Below are positions 1 through 10,468 of a DNA stretch of 64,000 nucleotides, piece after piece (position 1 is the first letter of the stretch; every line of letters begins with the position of its first letter). Position numbers and translations under genes: made by a program. Source of the DNA: Candidatus Poribacteria bacterium (GTDB taxonomy: Bacteria; Poribacteria; WGA-4E; PCPOR2b); contig PYIZ01000041.1 of NCBI GenBank assembly GCA_003635265.1, positions 2,465-66,464 of the forward strand, written 5' to 3'. A model generated the notes under the pieces. It saw nothing but the letters and a program-made list of their open reading frames with translations. It had not been told where the DNA came from and made no database searches.

Positions 1-2
1 AT

Positions 3-467
3 GATATGAAAGTGCAGATCGGCAGGGAGTGTGGCGGTGGTTTTAACAGTTCGTTCTGTTTAGGCGACGCCGGTGCAAAGGGACGCCTCGAAAAGATAGG
101 CAAAGGTCGCATTAAGCTTTGGTGGGACCTTGGTCGCCAGGACGAGAAATCGGTTCTGGTGAGAGACATTAACGGAATTGCCAGAGATTTCGAAGCCTCA
201 GAATCAAAGCACAAACTCGCGAAAAACAAAGAGGTTCGGGTCAGAATTGAAAATGACACTAAGTTTGTTAAGTTGTTTCTTGATGATAACCTGGTCTGGG
301 AAGGCAAGGTCATCCAAGGTGCCAATACGGGTGGAAGGATTGCTCTTGGTACCCATGCGACATCTGCTGAATTTTCTGACTTTGTTATCACCGACCTCAA
401 GGGAGAGGCCGTTGAACCCGGTGGCAAGATAACGACCACTTGGGGTTCCCTCAAAACCCGTCGATAA
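3..467 (+). CDS. 5'-partial beta-rich (DUF1080/LamG-like) protein with C-terminal TTWG motif
   Basis: Frame is open to the window edge; GRIALGTH..AEFSDFVI resembles a jelly-roll C-terminus; ends AVEPGGKITTTWGSLKTRR. Confidence 0.6.
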   Translation, partial: DMKVQIGRECGGGFNSSFCLGDAGAKGRLEKIGKGRIKLWWDLGRQDEKSVLVRDINGIARDFEASESKHKLAKNKEVRVRIENDTKFVKLFLDDNLVWEGKVIQGANTGGRIALGTHATSAEFSDFVITDLKGEAVEPGGKITTTWGSLKTRR

Positions 468-513
468 ATCTGTTCTTTCGCATTCAATTGTTTATATTCA
501 AGAGATATTTTGT

Positions 514-551
514 AAAGCCCCCGCCTTTTGGTGTGGGGCTTTCTTCTTTTT
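514..551 (+). terminator. Hairpin plus T-rich tract; probable intrinsic terminator (also resembles an IS200/IS605 end hairpin)
   Basis: aaagcccc-cgcc-tttt-ggtg-t-ggggcttt followed by cttcttttt, 46 nt after the stop at 467. Confidence 0.6.
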
Positions 552-584
552 AATTTTCTACAAAATCCCCACCTATTTCTTGCC

Positions 585-2507
585 ATGAAGGACACAAACG
601 CGATAATCCCAATCAAAAAGCGTGCGGTGCTGATCGGTGCGTTGCTAATCATCGCCAACAGTTACTGGATCGCCTATGTCGAAATGATATGGCATACGGC
701 GCATCTGACAACCGTTTCGCTGTCCGTCAACGTCATGTTTGCTGTCCTGATGATAACGTGGCTAAACATAATTGTCCGTCAGATTTCGCCCCAATCTGCT
801 CTCAATCAACAAGATCTCCTCGTTATCTATGCGATGCTTGCGGTGGGAAGTTGCTTCTCCGGGCACGACGCGATGCCCCGTTTGATGGGACTAATGCCCT
901 ACGCGTTCCGCTTTGCGACGCCTGAAAACGACTGGGCGGCGTTGCTATTTCACCACCTGCCGGATTGGTTGGTCATCTCCGACCCGAAGACCGTCAACGA
1001 TTTTTACGAAGGGAATGTCAATTTCTTTACCGACGGCTATGTGCGGTATTGGGTGACACCCATCCTGTCGTGGTCGGTTGTCATCTTCTCGTTGATGCTC
1101 ATTTTCCTTTGCCTGACATCGCTTATCAGAAGGCAGTGGGTCGATCGTGAAAAATTAGCGTATCCGATTATCCAAATCCCGCTCGAAATCACTGCTCAGT
1201 CTGGGGGGATCTTCAGGAATCGTGTCCTGTGGATCGGCTTTGGGATTGCCTTTGGCGCTGACCTGTGGAACGGCATTGCGTATTTCTTCCCTATTCTCCC
1301 CTCTCTGCCCATTAATGACCGCACAAGAAACGTCTTCAGCTTTTCACAGAAACCGTGGAATGCGATGGGCAGTACTTCGTTTTATTTTCATCCCTATCTG
1401 ATTGGTCTCTCCTTTGTCCTACCGTTAGATCTTTCCTTCTCGTGTACGTTCTTCTATCTCCTGCGGAAGGCGCAACTTGTCTTTGGCAGCATGGCAGGCG
1501 TCAGGAGTATTCCCGGCTACCCATTCTTGGGTGAACAGGGCACGGGTGCTCTATTCGCTTTACTCGTCGTGACCTGTTGGACCGGCAGAAGGCATTTCGT
1601 GCAGGTTCTCTCTCGCGTCATTCATCCAAATCAGTCTGACGAGGAGAACGAGCCAATTTCCTACCGAACTGCTGTCGTTATACTGTTTATCTGTCTCTTG
1701 GTGTTGATGGTCTTCTGCATCAAGGGTGGGATGTCACTCTGGGGCTACGCTGTTTTTATCGGCATTTACTTCGCGATTGTTGTTGGATTGGCGCGTATGC
1801 GGGCAGAGTTGGGTCCCCCAATCCACTCCATCGGCTACATAAATCCACAATACATGATGGTTGCTATGTTCGGCACGCGACGCCTAAAACCGGGGAATTT
1901 AACGATACTCTCGTTGATGAACTGGATGAGTGGTGCCGGGTTTCGCACCCACCCGATACCCGATCAACTTGAGTCCTTCAAACTGGCAGAGCGAACTAAC
2001 ATCAGAAATCGGACGATGTTCATTGTGTTGATTATTGCTAGCATTGTCGGGATCGAGTCCAGCCTCATCCTTTACCCATATACGATTTACAAGACAGGGG
2101 TCGCGGCGGGATCTGAACAGATTCATGCCGGCGGTTCGGGAACTTACAACCTTCTCTCCGGGTGGTTGGTCAATCCCAAGCCAACGAATTGGTTATCAAT
2201 GAGCGTTCTCGGATTTGCTTTTTTCGTGAACCTCGGTATAATGTTTTTCCGTGCGCGCTTTGTTTGGTGCCCACTGCACCCGGCAGGCTACGTTATTGGT
2301 CTTGCACCCGGCACAACGGATATGATCTGGTTCCCTGTAGCAATCGCAATGACTACCAAGTGGCTGCTAATCAGGCATGGTGGTATCAAAGCCTATCGTG
2401 CCGCAATACCCTTTTTCGTGGGATTAGTTCTCGGCGAAGCGGTGATGGGATGCTTCTGGCCCATCTTGAGCCTCATTCTCACTTCCTCCGTGTATAGTTG
2501 GTGGTAG
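585..2507 (+). CDS. Polytopic membrane protein, DUF6785/DUF6784 (OPT-like putative transporter) type
   Basis: About 640 aa with many TM segments; RRQWVDREKLAYP, RMRAELG, WCPLHPAGY and PFFVGLVLGE motifs; ATG 585 preferred. Confidence 0.7.
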   Translation: MKDTNAIIPIKKRAVLIGALLIIANSYWIAYVEMIWHTAHLTTVSLSVNVMFAVLMITWLNIIVRQISPQSALNQQDLLVIYAMLAVGSCFSGHDAMPRLMGLMPYAFRFATPENDWAALLFHHLPDWLVISDPKTVNDFYEGNVNFFTDGYVRYWVTPILSWSVVIFSLMLIFLCLTSLIRRQWVDREKLAYPIIQIPLEITAQSGGIFRNRVLWIGFGIAFGADLWNGIAYFFPILPSLPINDRTRNVFSFSQKPWNAMGSTSFYFHPYLIGLSFVLPLDLSFSCTFFYLLRKAQLVFGSMAGVRSIPGYPFLGEQGTGALFALLVVTCWTGRRHFVQVLSRVIHPNQSDEENEPISYRTAVVILFICLLVLMVFCIKGGMSLWGYAVFIGIYFAIVVGLARMRAELGPPIHSIGYINPQYMMVAMFGTRRLKPGNLTILSLMNWMSGAGFRTHPIPDQLESFKLAERTNIRNRTMFIVLIIASIVGIESSLILYPYTIYKTGVAAGSEQIHAGGSGTYNLLSGWLVNPKPTNWLSMSVLGFAFFVNLGIMFFRARFVWCPLHPAGYVIGLAPGTTDMIWFPVAIAMTTKWLLIRHGGIKAYRAAIPFFVGLVLGEAVMGCFWPILSLILTSSVYSWW

Positions 2508-2514
2508 TGATAGA

Positions 2515-2646
2515 TAGGGCTATTTATGGTAGATTTTAGAATTACTTAGATACACCCAATGCACGCTAACCCCCTAAATCCCCCTTATCAGGGGGACTTA
2601 CCGATGAACGTCTACTTATTTTTATAGTTGACCATAAATGCCCCTA
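2515..2646. mobile_element. MITE-like element with imperfect terminal inverted repeats and internal palindrome
   Basis: Ends tagggctatttatggtag / accataaatgccccta; internal cccccttatcaggggg hairpin; ends resemble those of 44601-44710. Confidence 0.55.
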
Positions 2647-2722
2647 AGTGGTGGAAGATCTCGTTGTGACCTAAGTTTTCACTTAAACAAAGCTTGAGTG
2701 GGGAGCCTGGAAGATCGGCTTT

Positions 2723-3442
2723 ATGAAGCTAAGTGTTTTGATGCCAGTTTACAATGAGAGAAAAACGCTTGCGGAAATCGTTTCTCGTGTGCTTAATCAG
2801 ACAATCAACGGCATCGATTCCCTTGAACTAGTGATCGTGGATGATGCGTCAACCGACGGTTCGACTGAAATTCTCGAACAGTTGGCAAAAACTCATCAGC
2901 AGATTAAACCGATTTTTCAAAAAAAGAACCGAGGGAAAGGTGCTGTAATCCGGGCGGCGATTGAAGTCGCTTCTGGCGATATAGCCATTATCCAAGATGC
3001 GGATCTCGAATACGATCCGAATGATTTCCGGGTAGTATTGACCCCCATCCTGCAGGGTAATGCGGACGTGGTTTATGGATCTCGCTTTATGATAAAAAAG
3101 GACGGGCGGGACTTATTCTCCAAACACGCTTGGGGGAACAGATTTCTGACATTTCTGAGTAACAGGTTTACAAACCTCAATCTGACAGACATGGAAACCT
3201 GCTATAAGGCGTTTCGCTTACATTCCCTGAAAACAATCCCGTTACGGTCAAACCGTTTTGGGATTGAACCAGAAATTACGGCGAAAATTGCCAAGCGAAA
3301 GTTACGCTTCCACGAAGTTCCCATTAGTTATCACGCCCGCACCTACGCCGAAGGGAAAAAGATTAAATGGAAAGATGGGATTGTTGCGATTTACATTATC
3401 CTCAAATATTGGATTATTGATGATAGTCTCAAAAAGGACTAG
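2723..3442 (+). CDS. Glycosyltransferase family 2 (DPM1-like)
   Basis: LSVLMPVYNE, VDDASTDGS, QDADLEYDP, VVYGSRF, DMETCYK. Confidence 0.92.
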   Translation: MKLSVLMPVYNERKTLAEIVSRVLNQTINGIDSLELVIVDDASTDGSTEILEQLAKTHQQIKPIFQKKNRGKGAVIRAAIEVASGDIAIIQDADLEYDPNDFRVVLTPILQGNADVVYGSRFMIKKDGRDLFSKHAWGNRFLTFLSNRFTNLNLTDMETCYKAFRLHSLKTIPLRSNRFGIEPEITAKIAKRKLRFHEVPISYHARTYAEGKKIKWKDGIVAIYIILKYWIIDDSLKKD

Positions 3443-3473
3443 CCAAGATTGAAAATCTAGGTTGGGAGGCAGT

Positions 3474-4556
3474 ATGTATACTGTTATTATGGCAGGTGGA
3501 AAGGGAACTCGCTTTTGGCCCCTAAGCACCGAGGATACACCCAAACAACTGTTATCTCTGGTAGGCGATACCAGCTTGCTTCAACAAACGGTGGCTCGCA
3601 TCGCCCCACTCATACTGCTAGAAGATATCTATGTTGTGACCGGTGAGTCCTTAATATCAGTGACAAAACGCCACCTCCCCGACCTCCCGTCAGAAAACAT
3701 CATAGCGGAACCGGTGGGGCGGAACACCCTGCCCTGTATTGGATTGGCAGCCCTCCATCTGAAAAAACGGAGGGACGGCGATGCCGTCATGGTTGTGTTA
3801 CCCGCGGACAGCGTTATCCAACGTCAGGATCAATTCCGTAAGTTGCTGCAATATGCCGAAAATATTGCGGCAAACGATAACGCCTTAATCACTTTCGGAA
3901 TTCCGCCCACCCGCATTGAGACCGGGTACGGTTACATCCATCTCGGATCAGCAGCCCATACAACCGATGATTTTCAAGCGTTCCAAGCCTGTCAATTTGT
4001 CGAGAAACCGGATAGGGAAACCGCAGAAAAGTACCTTGAGAGTCAAGAATACCTTTGGAATAGTGGTATGTTTGTGTGGCGGGTTGACCTTATTCTCAAT
4101 GCTATCAAGACCTATCAGCCTTCCATTTATCAGAGATTGATGGAGATCGACGCTGCCATCGGAACCCCAAGCGAGGCTGAGGCAATATCTCACGCTTATT
4201 CCCAGATGAAGAGCATCTCCGTTGATTACGGTGTGATGGAAAAGGCGAAGGAGGTGCTGGTAATTCCCGCGGATATTGGTTGGAATGATGTGGGAAGTTG
4301 GGGGGCGATGCACGAACTGTATGAACGGGATACGTCTGGAAACACTGTACGCGGGAAGCACATAGGAATAGATACCCAAGATTGTATCATTTTCAATCAG
4401 ACTGCACAGAATCCCGATGTTATTGAGGGCAAACTGATTGCGACCATCGGGGTGAGCGATCTTGTCATCGTGGAGTCCGAGCATGCGGTGTTGGTCTGTC
4501 CTATAGATCGTGTACAAGAAGTCAAGGATTTGGTTGAGAAGTTGGAGGATTTATAA
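3474..4556 (+). CDS. manC: Mannose-1-phosphate guanylyltransferase
   Basis: IMAGGKGTRFWPLS, EPVGRNT, ETGYGYI, FVEKPD, WNSGMF, GWNDVGSW; GGAGG RBS before ATG 3474. Confidence 0.93.
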   Translation: MYTVIMAGGKGTRFWPLSTEDTPKQLLSLVGDTSLLQQTVARIAPLILLEDIYVVTGESLISVTKRHLPDLPSENIIAEPVGRNTLPCIGLAALHLKKRRDGDAVMVVLPADSVIQRQDQFRKLLQYAENIAANDNALITFGIPPTRIETGYGYIHLGSAAHTTDDFQAFQACQFVEKPDRETAEKYLESQEYLWNSGMFVWRVDLILNAIKTYQPSIYQRLMEIDAAIGTPSEAEAISHAYSQMKSISVDYGVMEKAKEVLVIPADIGWNDVGSWGAMHELYERDTSGNTVRGKHIGIDTQDCIIFNQTAQNPDVIEGKLIATIGVSDLVIVESEHAVLVCPIDRVQEVKDLVEKLEDL

Positions 4557-4584
4557 GCACAAACTAATATTATGGAAGAGAAAG

Positions 4585-5712
4585 ATGATTGAATATATCT
4601 GTGATCAGTGCAATACGACATACCGTATCGACACCCTTCGATACAAATGCGATTGCGGTCAACCGCTTCAATTAAAGAGAACGGAGAGCGAATCTTCAAT
4701 TGCCCCAATTTCCAAGGACGACAGCACACTCTGGCGCTATCGGCAAGCCCTTCCAATTACCGATGACGCATCGATAATCTCACTCGGTGAAGGGATGACT
4801 CCGCTTGTATCTTTTGATAACGACACGCATGACCATCGGCTGAAGTTGGATTTTGTTTGCCCGACAGGTTCGTACAAAGATCGTGGGGCTGCTGTTCTCT
4901 TGTCTAAAGTCAAAGAACTCGGTGTCCAAGAGGTGGTTGAGGATTCGTCGGGGAACGCGGGGGCAGCGATTGCGGCATATAGCGCGAAGGCGGGGATCAA
5001 CTGCACAATCTACTGTCCGGCGTCTACCTCAAAAGGGAAACTTGCACAAATCTCGATGTATGGCGCTAAACTAAAACTGATTGAAGGGAATCGCGCTGCA
5101 ACGACACAGGCAGTTCTTGAAGCGGCGGAAACCACCTATTACGCCTCACACAACTGGAATCCCTTCTTTCTGGAAGGCACAAAAACTATCGCCTTCGAGA
5201 TAGCGGAGCAGCTCGGTTGGCAGGCGCCAGACCATGTCATCTGTCCAATCGGGTTTGGAAGCGTTTATATGGGTTTGTGGGTCGGATTTGGAGAACTTCA
5301 GGCGCAGGGGATTATCACCAAAATTCCCCACTTACTTGGCGTTCAATCCGCAGCGTGCTGCCCCGTTTACAAGGCGTATTCCGAAAATAGGACGCAGATT
5401 GAAAGATCTCCCCAAACTTATGAGACGCTCGCAGAGGGTATCACATCGGAGGTGCCGATCCGTGGAGATACAATTATGCAGGCTCTCCGCGAGACTGACG
5501 GTGCAATCACAATCGTTGATGAGGCGGAGATTGAGATCGGGATTAAAGCCCTTGCTTCAAAGGGCATCTACGTCGAGCCTACTTCCGCCGTTATCGTCAA
5601 AGCGTTTGATAAGTTTGTAGAATCGGGGGTTATCCGCGCGGGAGATATTACTGTCTCTATCCTGACAGGTTCAGGTTTGAAGGCGACCGACAAACTGATG
5701 AAGATAGCATAA
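4585..5712 (+). CDS. thrC: Threonine synthase-like PLP enzyme (fold type II) with N-terminal Zn ribbon
   Basis: CxxC..CxC, SLGEGMTPL, PTGSYKDRG, SSGNAG, EGTKT, YVEPTSA, LTGSGLK. Confidence 0.8.
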   Translation: MIEYICDQCNTTYRIDTLRYKCDCGQPLQLKRTESESSIAPISKDDSTLWRYRQALPITDDASIISLGEGMTPLVSFDNDTHDHRLKLDFVCPTGSYKDRGAAVLLSKVKELGVQEVVEDSSGNAGAAIAAYSAKAGINCTIYCPASTSKGKLAQISMYGAKLKLIEGNRAATTQAVLEAAETTYYASHNWNPFFLEGTKTIAFEIAEQLGWQAPDHVICPIGFGSVYMGLWVGFGELQAQGIITKIPHLLGVQSAACCPVYKAYSENRTQIERSPQTYETLAEGITSEVPIRGDTIMQALRETDGAITIVDEAEIEIGIKALASKGIYVEPTSAVIVKAFDKFVESGVIRAGDITVSILTGSGLKATDKLMKIA

Positions 5713-5733
5713 GAGGATACAAGGAGATATACG

Positions 5734-6498
5734 ATGGGACAATCCGACGGGAAACTTCACAATCAGGTGGCGATTGTTACGGGTGCCGCGCAAGGAATGG
5801 GCGCCGCGATTGCTGGTCGTTTGGCAGTGGAAGGTGCGAAGGTTGTCGTGAGTGATATCAATGCCGAAAAAGTCGCGCAGGTTGCTGAGAGAATAAGTGC
5901 TGCCGCTGGCAGCAGCGCGTTGTCGATGAGGACGGATGTCACGAAAGAGGACGAGGTCGCTGAAATGGTAGAAGCGGCTGCCACTCACTATGGGACGGTT
6001 GATATTCTGGTCAACAATGCGGGGATTCTCTATCCAACCCGAATTGACTATGTGACCAAAGCCGAGTGGGATGAGGTCCTTGATGTCAACCTGAACGGTA
6101 GTTTTCTCTGTTCAAAGGCGGTGCTGCCGATAATGAAGGAAAACAGATTTGGTCGCATCGTCAATATGTCTTCATCTGCAGGGCGAAGTGTCAGCACACT
6201 CGGCGGCGTTCATTACACCGCTGCCAAAGCGGGTGTCCTCGGCTTGACACGCGGGATGGCAAAAGAGGTTGCCCCCTTTGGTATTACCGTCAATGCGATT
6301 TGTCCCGGATTAATCGATACAGAGATGGCACGGGAAAACTGCACCCCTGAACAGTTACGCGCTTATGAAGAGAGTTTTCCAATTCCCAGATTGGGGACAC
6401 CTGATGAAGTGGCACAACTCATAATCTTTCTAGCGACGGATGCAGCGTATATTACAGGGGCATCGATCGATATCAACGGCGGTGATTTGATGATGTGA
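5734..6498 (+). CDS. Short-chain dehydrogenase/reductase (FabG-like)
   Basis: [17 protein letters not shown]. Confidence 0.9.
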   Translation: MGQSDGKLHNQVAIVTGAAQGMGAAIAGRLAVEGAKVVVSDINAEKVAQVAERISAAAGSSALSMRTDVTKEDEVAEMVEAAATHYGTVDILVNNAGILYPTRIDYVTKAEWDEVLDVNLNGSFLCSKAVLPIMKENRFGRIVNMSSSAGRSVSTLGGVHYTAAKAGVLGLTRGMAKEVAPFGITVNAICPGLIDTEMARENCTPEQLRAYEESFPIPRLGTPDEVAQLIIFLATDAAYITGASIDINGGDLMM

Positions 6499-6526
6499 GG
6501 GACGGAGTTGTCTATCGCTTATCCAA

Positions 6527-7726
6527 ATGGAGGGATACGGAATGATTGGTATAATGAAATCTCATTTGAGAACGTTGCTTGAAGAAATCGAAGAGAGTGG
6601 GTTATACAAAAGGGAGCGGATCATCACTAGTCCACAGCAGGCACGCATCAATGTCCAAACCGGCGAAACGGTCCTCAATATGTGCGCCAATAACTACCTT
6701 GGGCTAGCGAATCACCCGGCGATCGTCGAAGCCGCAAAGGAGGGCATAGACCAGTGGGGGCACGGGCTGTCGTCTGTTCGTTTTATCTGCGGGACACAAG
6801 CCATCCACACTGCGCTTGAGAAGGAAATCTCTGAATTCCTCGAGACGGAGGACACCATCCTTTATACCTCCTGCTTCGACGCAAACGCGGGATTGTTTGA
6901 GACACTCCTGACTGAGGAGGATGCAATCCTCAGCGACGAGTTGAACCACGCTAGTATCATCGACGGGATCCGGCTCTGCAAAGCGAAGCGTCTGCGCTTC
7001 AAGAATAGCGACATGGGGGATCTAGAAGCCAAACTCAAGGACGCTCAGGACTCGCGCTTTCGCCTGATTGCAACGGACGGCGTGTTCTCTATGGATGGCA
7101 CCATCGCCAATCTACAGGATCTCTGCGACCTTGCAGACAGATACGACGCACTGGTCATGATCGACGATTCCCACTCAACGGGGTTCATGGGGAAAACGGG
7201 GAAAGGTACGCATGAATATCGCGATGTGATGGGCAGAATCGACATTATCACCAGCACGCTCGGAAAGGCGCTCGGCGGTGCCAGCGGCGGATTCACAACC
7301 GGCAGAAGTGAAATTATTGATCTGCTGCGCCAACGTTCACGTCCCTACCTGTTTTCCAATACTGTTGCTCCTAGTATTGTCAACGCATCCCTGAAGGCGC
7401 TTGAGATGATAACAGCGTCCACCGCCCTACGGGACAAGCTAGAGGAGAATACCCGCTACTTCCGAGCAAAAATGGCGGAAGTGGGGTTTGATATTCCGTC
7501 CGGTTCCCATCCCATCGTGCCGATTATGCTTGGGGATGCGAGGTTGGCACAGCAGATGGCGGCACGAATGCTTGAAAAAGGGGTATATGTGATTGGATTT
7601 TTCTACCCTGTCGTTCCCGAAGGTACGGCGCGAATCCGAACGCAGATCTCCGCGGCACATTCGATCGAGGATCTTGATTTTGCTGTCAGGATGTTTGCCG
7701 AAGTTAAGGGAGAGTTTGGCGTGTGA
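6527..7726 (+). CDS. kbl: Glycine C-acetyltransferase (2-amino-3-ketobutyrate CoA ligase)
   Basis: [52 protein letters not shown]; start could be 6542 or 6554. Confidence 0.95.
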   Translation: MEGYGMIGIMKSHLRTLLEEIEESGLYKRERIITSPQQARINVQTGETVLNMCANNYLGLANHPAIVEAAKEGIDQWGHGLSSVRFICGTQAIHTALEKEISEFLETEDTILYTSCFDANAGLFETLLTEEDAILSDELNHASIIDGIRLCKAKRLRFKNSDMGDLEAKLKDAQDSRFRLIATDGVFSMDGTIANLQDLCDLADRYDALVMIDDSHSTGFMGKTGKGTHEYRDVMGRIDIITSTLGKALGGASGGFTTGRSEIIDLLRQRSRPYLFSNTVAPSIVNASLKALEMITASTALRDKLEENTRYFRAKMAEVGFDIPSGSHPIVPIMLGDARLAQQMAARMLEKGVYVIGFFYPVVPEGTARIRTQISAAHSIEDLDFAVRMFAEVKGEFGV

Positions 7727-7757
7727 GCCCTTCTCCATTTTCGGACCGAGTTTCCCC

Positions 7758-7787
7758 TTGACAAGTTGCCTTGAATTTCGATAAAAT
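7758..7787 (+). promoter_or_regulatory. Sigma70-type promoter
   Basis: TTGACA-N18-TAAAAT upstream of 7875. Confidence 0.55.
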
Positions 7788-7874
7788 CGGACGAAGTGCA
7801 GAATTAAGAAGGATTTCTTTGAACCATTAAATCAAAGGTGTGCAAAGAATTTTGATACAGAAAGGAAAACAAAA

Positions 7875-8696
7875 TTGAGAATTATTGACCCACACGTTCA
7901 TGTCTGGAAGAATAACCCACAATTTCCGTGGGCGCCTGAAACAACCAGTCCACCGACCGACGACGCCACACCGGAGATGTTATTGGACTTGATGAACGCC
8001 AACGGCGTTGAGAAAACGGTGTTAGTACAGGTTATCCATTATCGCTGGGACAACAGTTACGCCGCTAAGGCGATAAAGGACTATCCCGATAAATTCATGG
8101 CGGTCTGCCGGATTAACCCGGAGGATCCCGACGCGCCAGATCACTTGAGTTATTGGACGGAGGAGCACGGCATCCACGGTGTTCGCCTTAGTCCGTCTGG
8201 CAGTGCCACCGACGATTGGTTCACAGGTCCGCTGATGGATCCAATCTTCAGCCGTGCAGAAGCGCTTGGCGTTCCGATGCTAATTTTGACCGGCGTTGAT
8301 CGAATGCCTGACCTTGCCGCGATTTTAGAACGGCACAGTGACCTTGATGTTTCTATCGATCACATGGCAAGCGCACCACTGGATGACCCTGACAAGCAGC
8401 AGCTGTTGCTAGACATGGCGCGATTCCCACGGGTTTATGTCAAAATTAGCCACACTTGGTCGTCTTCCGATAGCACATATCCTTGGGCGGATTCGCACGA
8501 CTTGGTCAAGAAAGTCTATCAGGCATTTGGCGGGAAGCGCATCATGTGGGGGACGGATTGGCCCGTCTGCTTGAGCAACGCAACCTACGCCCAAACTCTA
8601 TCCGTTGTGCGGGATGAGATGGACTTTTTCGCACCGGAAGATCGGGAATGGGTATTGGGTAAAACCGCACTTCAGCTTTGGAACTTTGGTGAGTAG
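7875..8696 (+). CDS. Amidohydrolase_2 family metal-dependent hydrolase (TTG start)
   Basis: IDPHVH, IDH, YVKIS, MWGTDWP; AAAGGA RBS. Confidence 0.88.
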   Translation: MRIIDPHVHVWKNNPQFPWAPETTSPPTDDATPEMLLDLMNANGVEKTVLVQVIHYRWDNSYAAKAIKDYPDKFMAVCRINPEDPDAPDHLSYWTEEHGIHGVRLSPSGSATDDWFTGPLMDPIFSRAEALGVPMLILTGVDRMPDLAAILERHSDLDVSIDHMASAPLDDPDKQQLLLDMARFPRVYVKISHTWSSSDSTYPWADSHDLVKKVYQAFGGKRIMWGTDWPVCLSNATYAQTLSVVRDEMDFFAPEDREWVLGKTALQLWNFGE

Positions 8697-8757
8697 GATC
8701 GGTTTGTAAGAGTTCATTGCGCCATGACGAGGGTACGAGATAATTCCGTTTTCCAAT

Positions 8758-8784
8758 TTTCACGTTTTACGCATCACGTTTCAC
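8758..8784. repeat. Degenerate heptamer tandem repeat (TTTCACG-like x4)
   Basis: tttcacg ttttacg catcacg tttcac; same family at 27342, 27906, 37315 and 44996. Confidence 0.75.
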
Positions 8785-8861
8785 TTTTGATCTTTGACCG
8801 GAGTGCATATTAGCAGCTGCAAACTATCACCATTGGTATTAAGCAAAAGGAGGCGTCTACC

Positions 8862-9236
8862 ATGCTATTTTGCCCAGAATGTAGTGCTGAATATACTTTA
8901 GATGTTTCAATTTGTGGTGATTGTCAAGCCGAATTGGTGCCCGAACGCCCACCGGAGGACGCTGCAGAATACATTGATTGGGAGGTTGTTCAAGAGATTC
9001 CCAGCGAATTTGTCGGAAATCTAATCAAAGGGGTGCTGGAGGGCGAAGGAATTGACGCGGTGGTGCGACCACACGAGATTTCCGCACTCGGCGGAATCCG
9101 GCTTGAATCTGAATGGGGTGAAATCCTGGTCCTCTCCGATCAGGTGCAAAACGCGAAGATGGTCATTGAAGACTACCTTGCTAACCTACCTGAAGATGCC
9201 CTCGAAAACAGTGACATGGATTCGGACGAGGTCTAA
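8862..9236 (+). CDS. DUF2007-like protein with N-terminal zinc ribbon
   Basis: FCPEC...CGDC, LIKGVLEGEGI; AGGAGG RBS. Confidence 0.7.
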   Translation: MLFCPECSAEYTLDVSICGDCQAELVPERPPEDAAEYIDWEVVQEIPSEFVGNLIKGVLEGEGIDAVVRPHEISALGGIRLESEWGEILVLSDQVQNAKMVIEDYLANLPEDALENSDMDSDEV

Positions 9237-9248
9237 TCGTTAGGCAGA

Positions 9249-9328
9249 GTCGGGATTTGGAAATCCCTCTCCGTTCCGTCCCGACTTGTCGAGGATCCCG
9301 ATTTATCGGGAGGAGTCTTCGACCTACA
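9249..9328. repeat. REP-like palindrome interrupted by a 54-bp nested palindromic insert
   Basis: gtcgggatttggaaatccct[9269-9322]cctaca versus the uninterrupted copy at 44724-44749. Confidence 0.65.
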
Positions 9329-9364
9329 GGATAACTAAATGCCCCTAATGGTTCAAGATTTGCA

Positions 9365-9393
9365 TTGACAAACTCACTCCGATTCGCTATAAT
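9365..9393 (+). promoter_or_regulatory. Perfect consensus sigma70 promoter
   Basis: TTGACA (9365-9370) - 17 nt - TATAAT (9388-9393). Confidence 0.85.
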
Positions 9394-9451
9394 GCCTCAG
9401 TCTTTTCTCGGTGTAATCGCTTATCTCGTATGCCTCAATCTGGAGGATCGT

Positions 9452-10402
9452 TTGCCAAGATTTAATAGACATTTAACCCTTTTTATACTTTGTGGGCTTG
9501 TACTATACCCATGGACAGTAGCCGATGGGGCGGATATACATGAAAACGTCGGGACGCGGGCGATGACATTCCTGAAGATCGGCGTCGGTGCGAAAGCGAT
9601 CAGTATGGGAGAGTCTCAAGTTGCGGATGCAGATGACCTGTATGCCACATACTGGAATCCAGCGGGACTTGCCCAACTGCAACGTCCACAACTGGGTCTC
9701 ATGCACAATGAATGGTTTGAGGGGATTAACCACCAATTCATCGGCTTTGCACAGCCCCTTGGAAACGCGGGTACACTCGGCGGGAGTCTCATCTATCTCT
9801 CTTATGGTGAGCTTGAGGGATACGACATTAATGAGAGCGGTGAACCCGTTAAAACAGAGAACTTCCATCCTTATGATCTTGCCCTGATTGGTTCTTATGC
9901 TCGCCGATTCGGAGGCGCGTTGTCTTTGGGTGCCAATGCTAAATGGGTTCGAGAAAAGATTGACACGGAAAGTGCCCAAGTCATTGCGTTCGATATAGGC
10001 GGACTGTACGCTATCCTCAACAATTCATTCTCTTTTGGATTCAACGTCCAACATCTTGGCGCCAAAGTTAAATTCGTCGAAGAATCCTTTAGTTTGCCGC
10101 TTAACATCAAAGTCGGTATGGCGTATAGATTGCTAGATGAAGCGTTGACTCTCACTGCCGACGTGAACCGCCCCAGCGACAACGACCCCACCGTTGGAGT
10201 GGGAGCGGCGTTCACAGCCTACGAGCTCATCCACCTGCGTGCGGGTTACAAATATAAAGTCGGCGGCAACGATTTGGGAACGGCATCCGGTATCACCAGC
10301 GGAATCGGATTTAGCATTGAGGGCTTTCAACTTGATTATGCCTTTGTCTCTTTCGGTAAACTCGGTGGCGCCCACCGATTTTCGCTCATTTCGAATTTTT
10401 AG
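9452..10402 (+). CDS. PorV/PorQ (UPF0164/FadL-like) outer-membrane beta-barrel
   Basis: FLKIGVGAKAISMGE, YWNPAGLA, LRAGY, C-terminal HRFSLISNF; GGAGG RBS before TTG 9452. Confidence 0.8.
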   Translation: MPRFNRHLTLFILCGLVLYPWTVADGADIHENVGTRAMTFLKIGVGAKAISMGESQVADADDLYATYWNPAGLAQLQRPQLGLMHNEWFEGINHQFIGFAQPLGNAGTLGGSLIYLSYGELEGYDINESGEPVKTENFHPYDLALIGSYARRFGGALSLGANAKWVREKIDTESAQVIAFDIGGLYAILNNSFSFGFNVQHLGAKVKFVEESFSLPLNIKVGMAYRLLDEALTLTADVNRPSDNDPTVGVGAAFTAYELIHLRAGYKYKVGGNDLGTASGITSGIGFSIEGFQLDYAFVSFGKLGGAHRFSLISNF

Positions 10403-10468
10403 TATGAAACGTAGGAAAAAACTTCAAACCTACCCGTACAGAGTTGTGAGCCGAGAGGTATAAACGAT

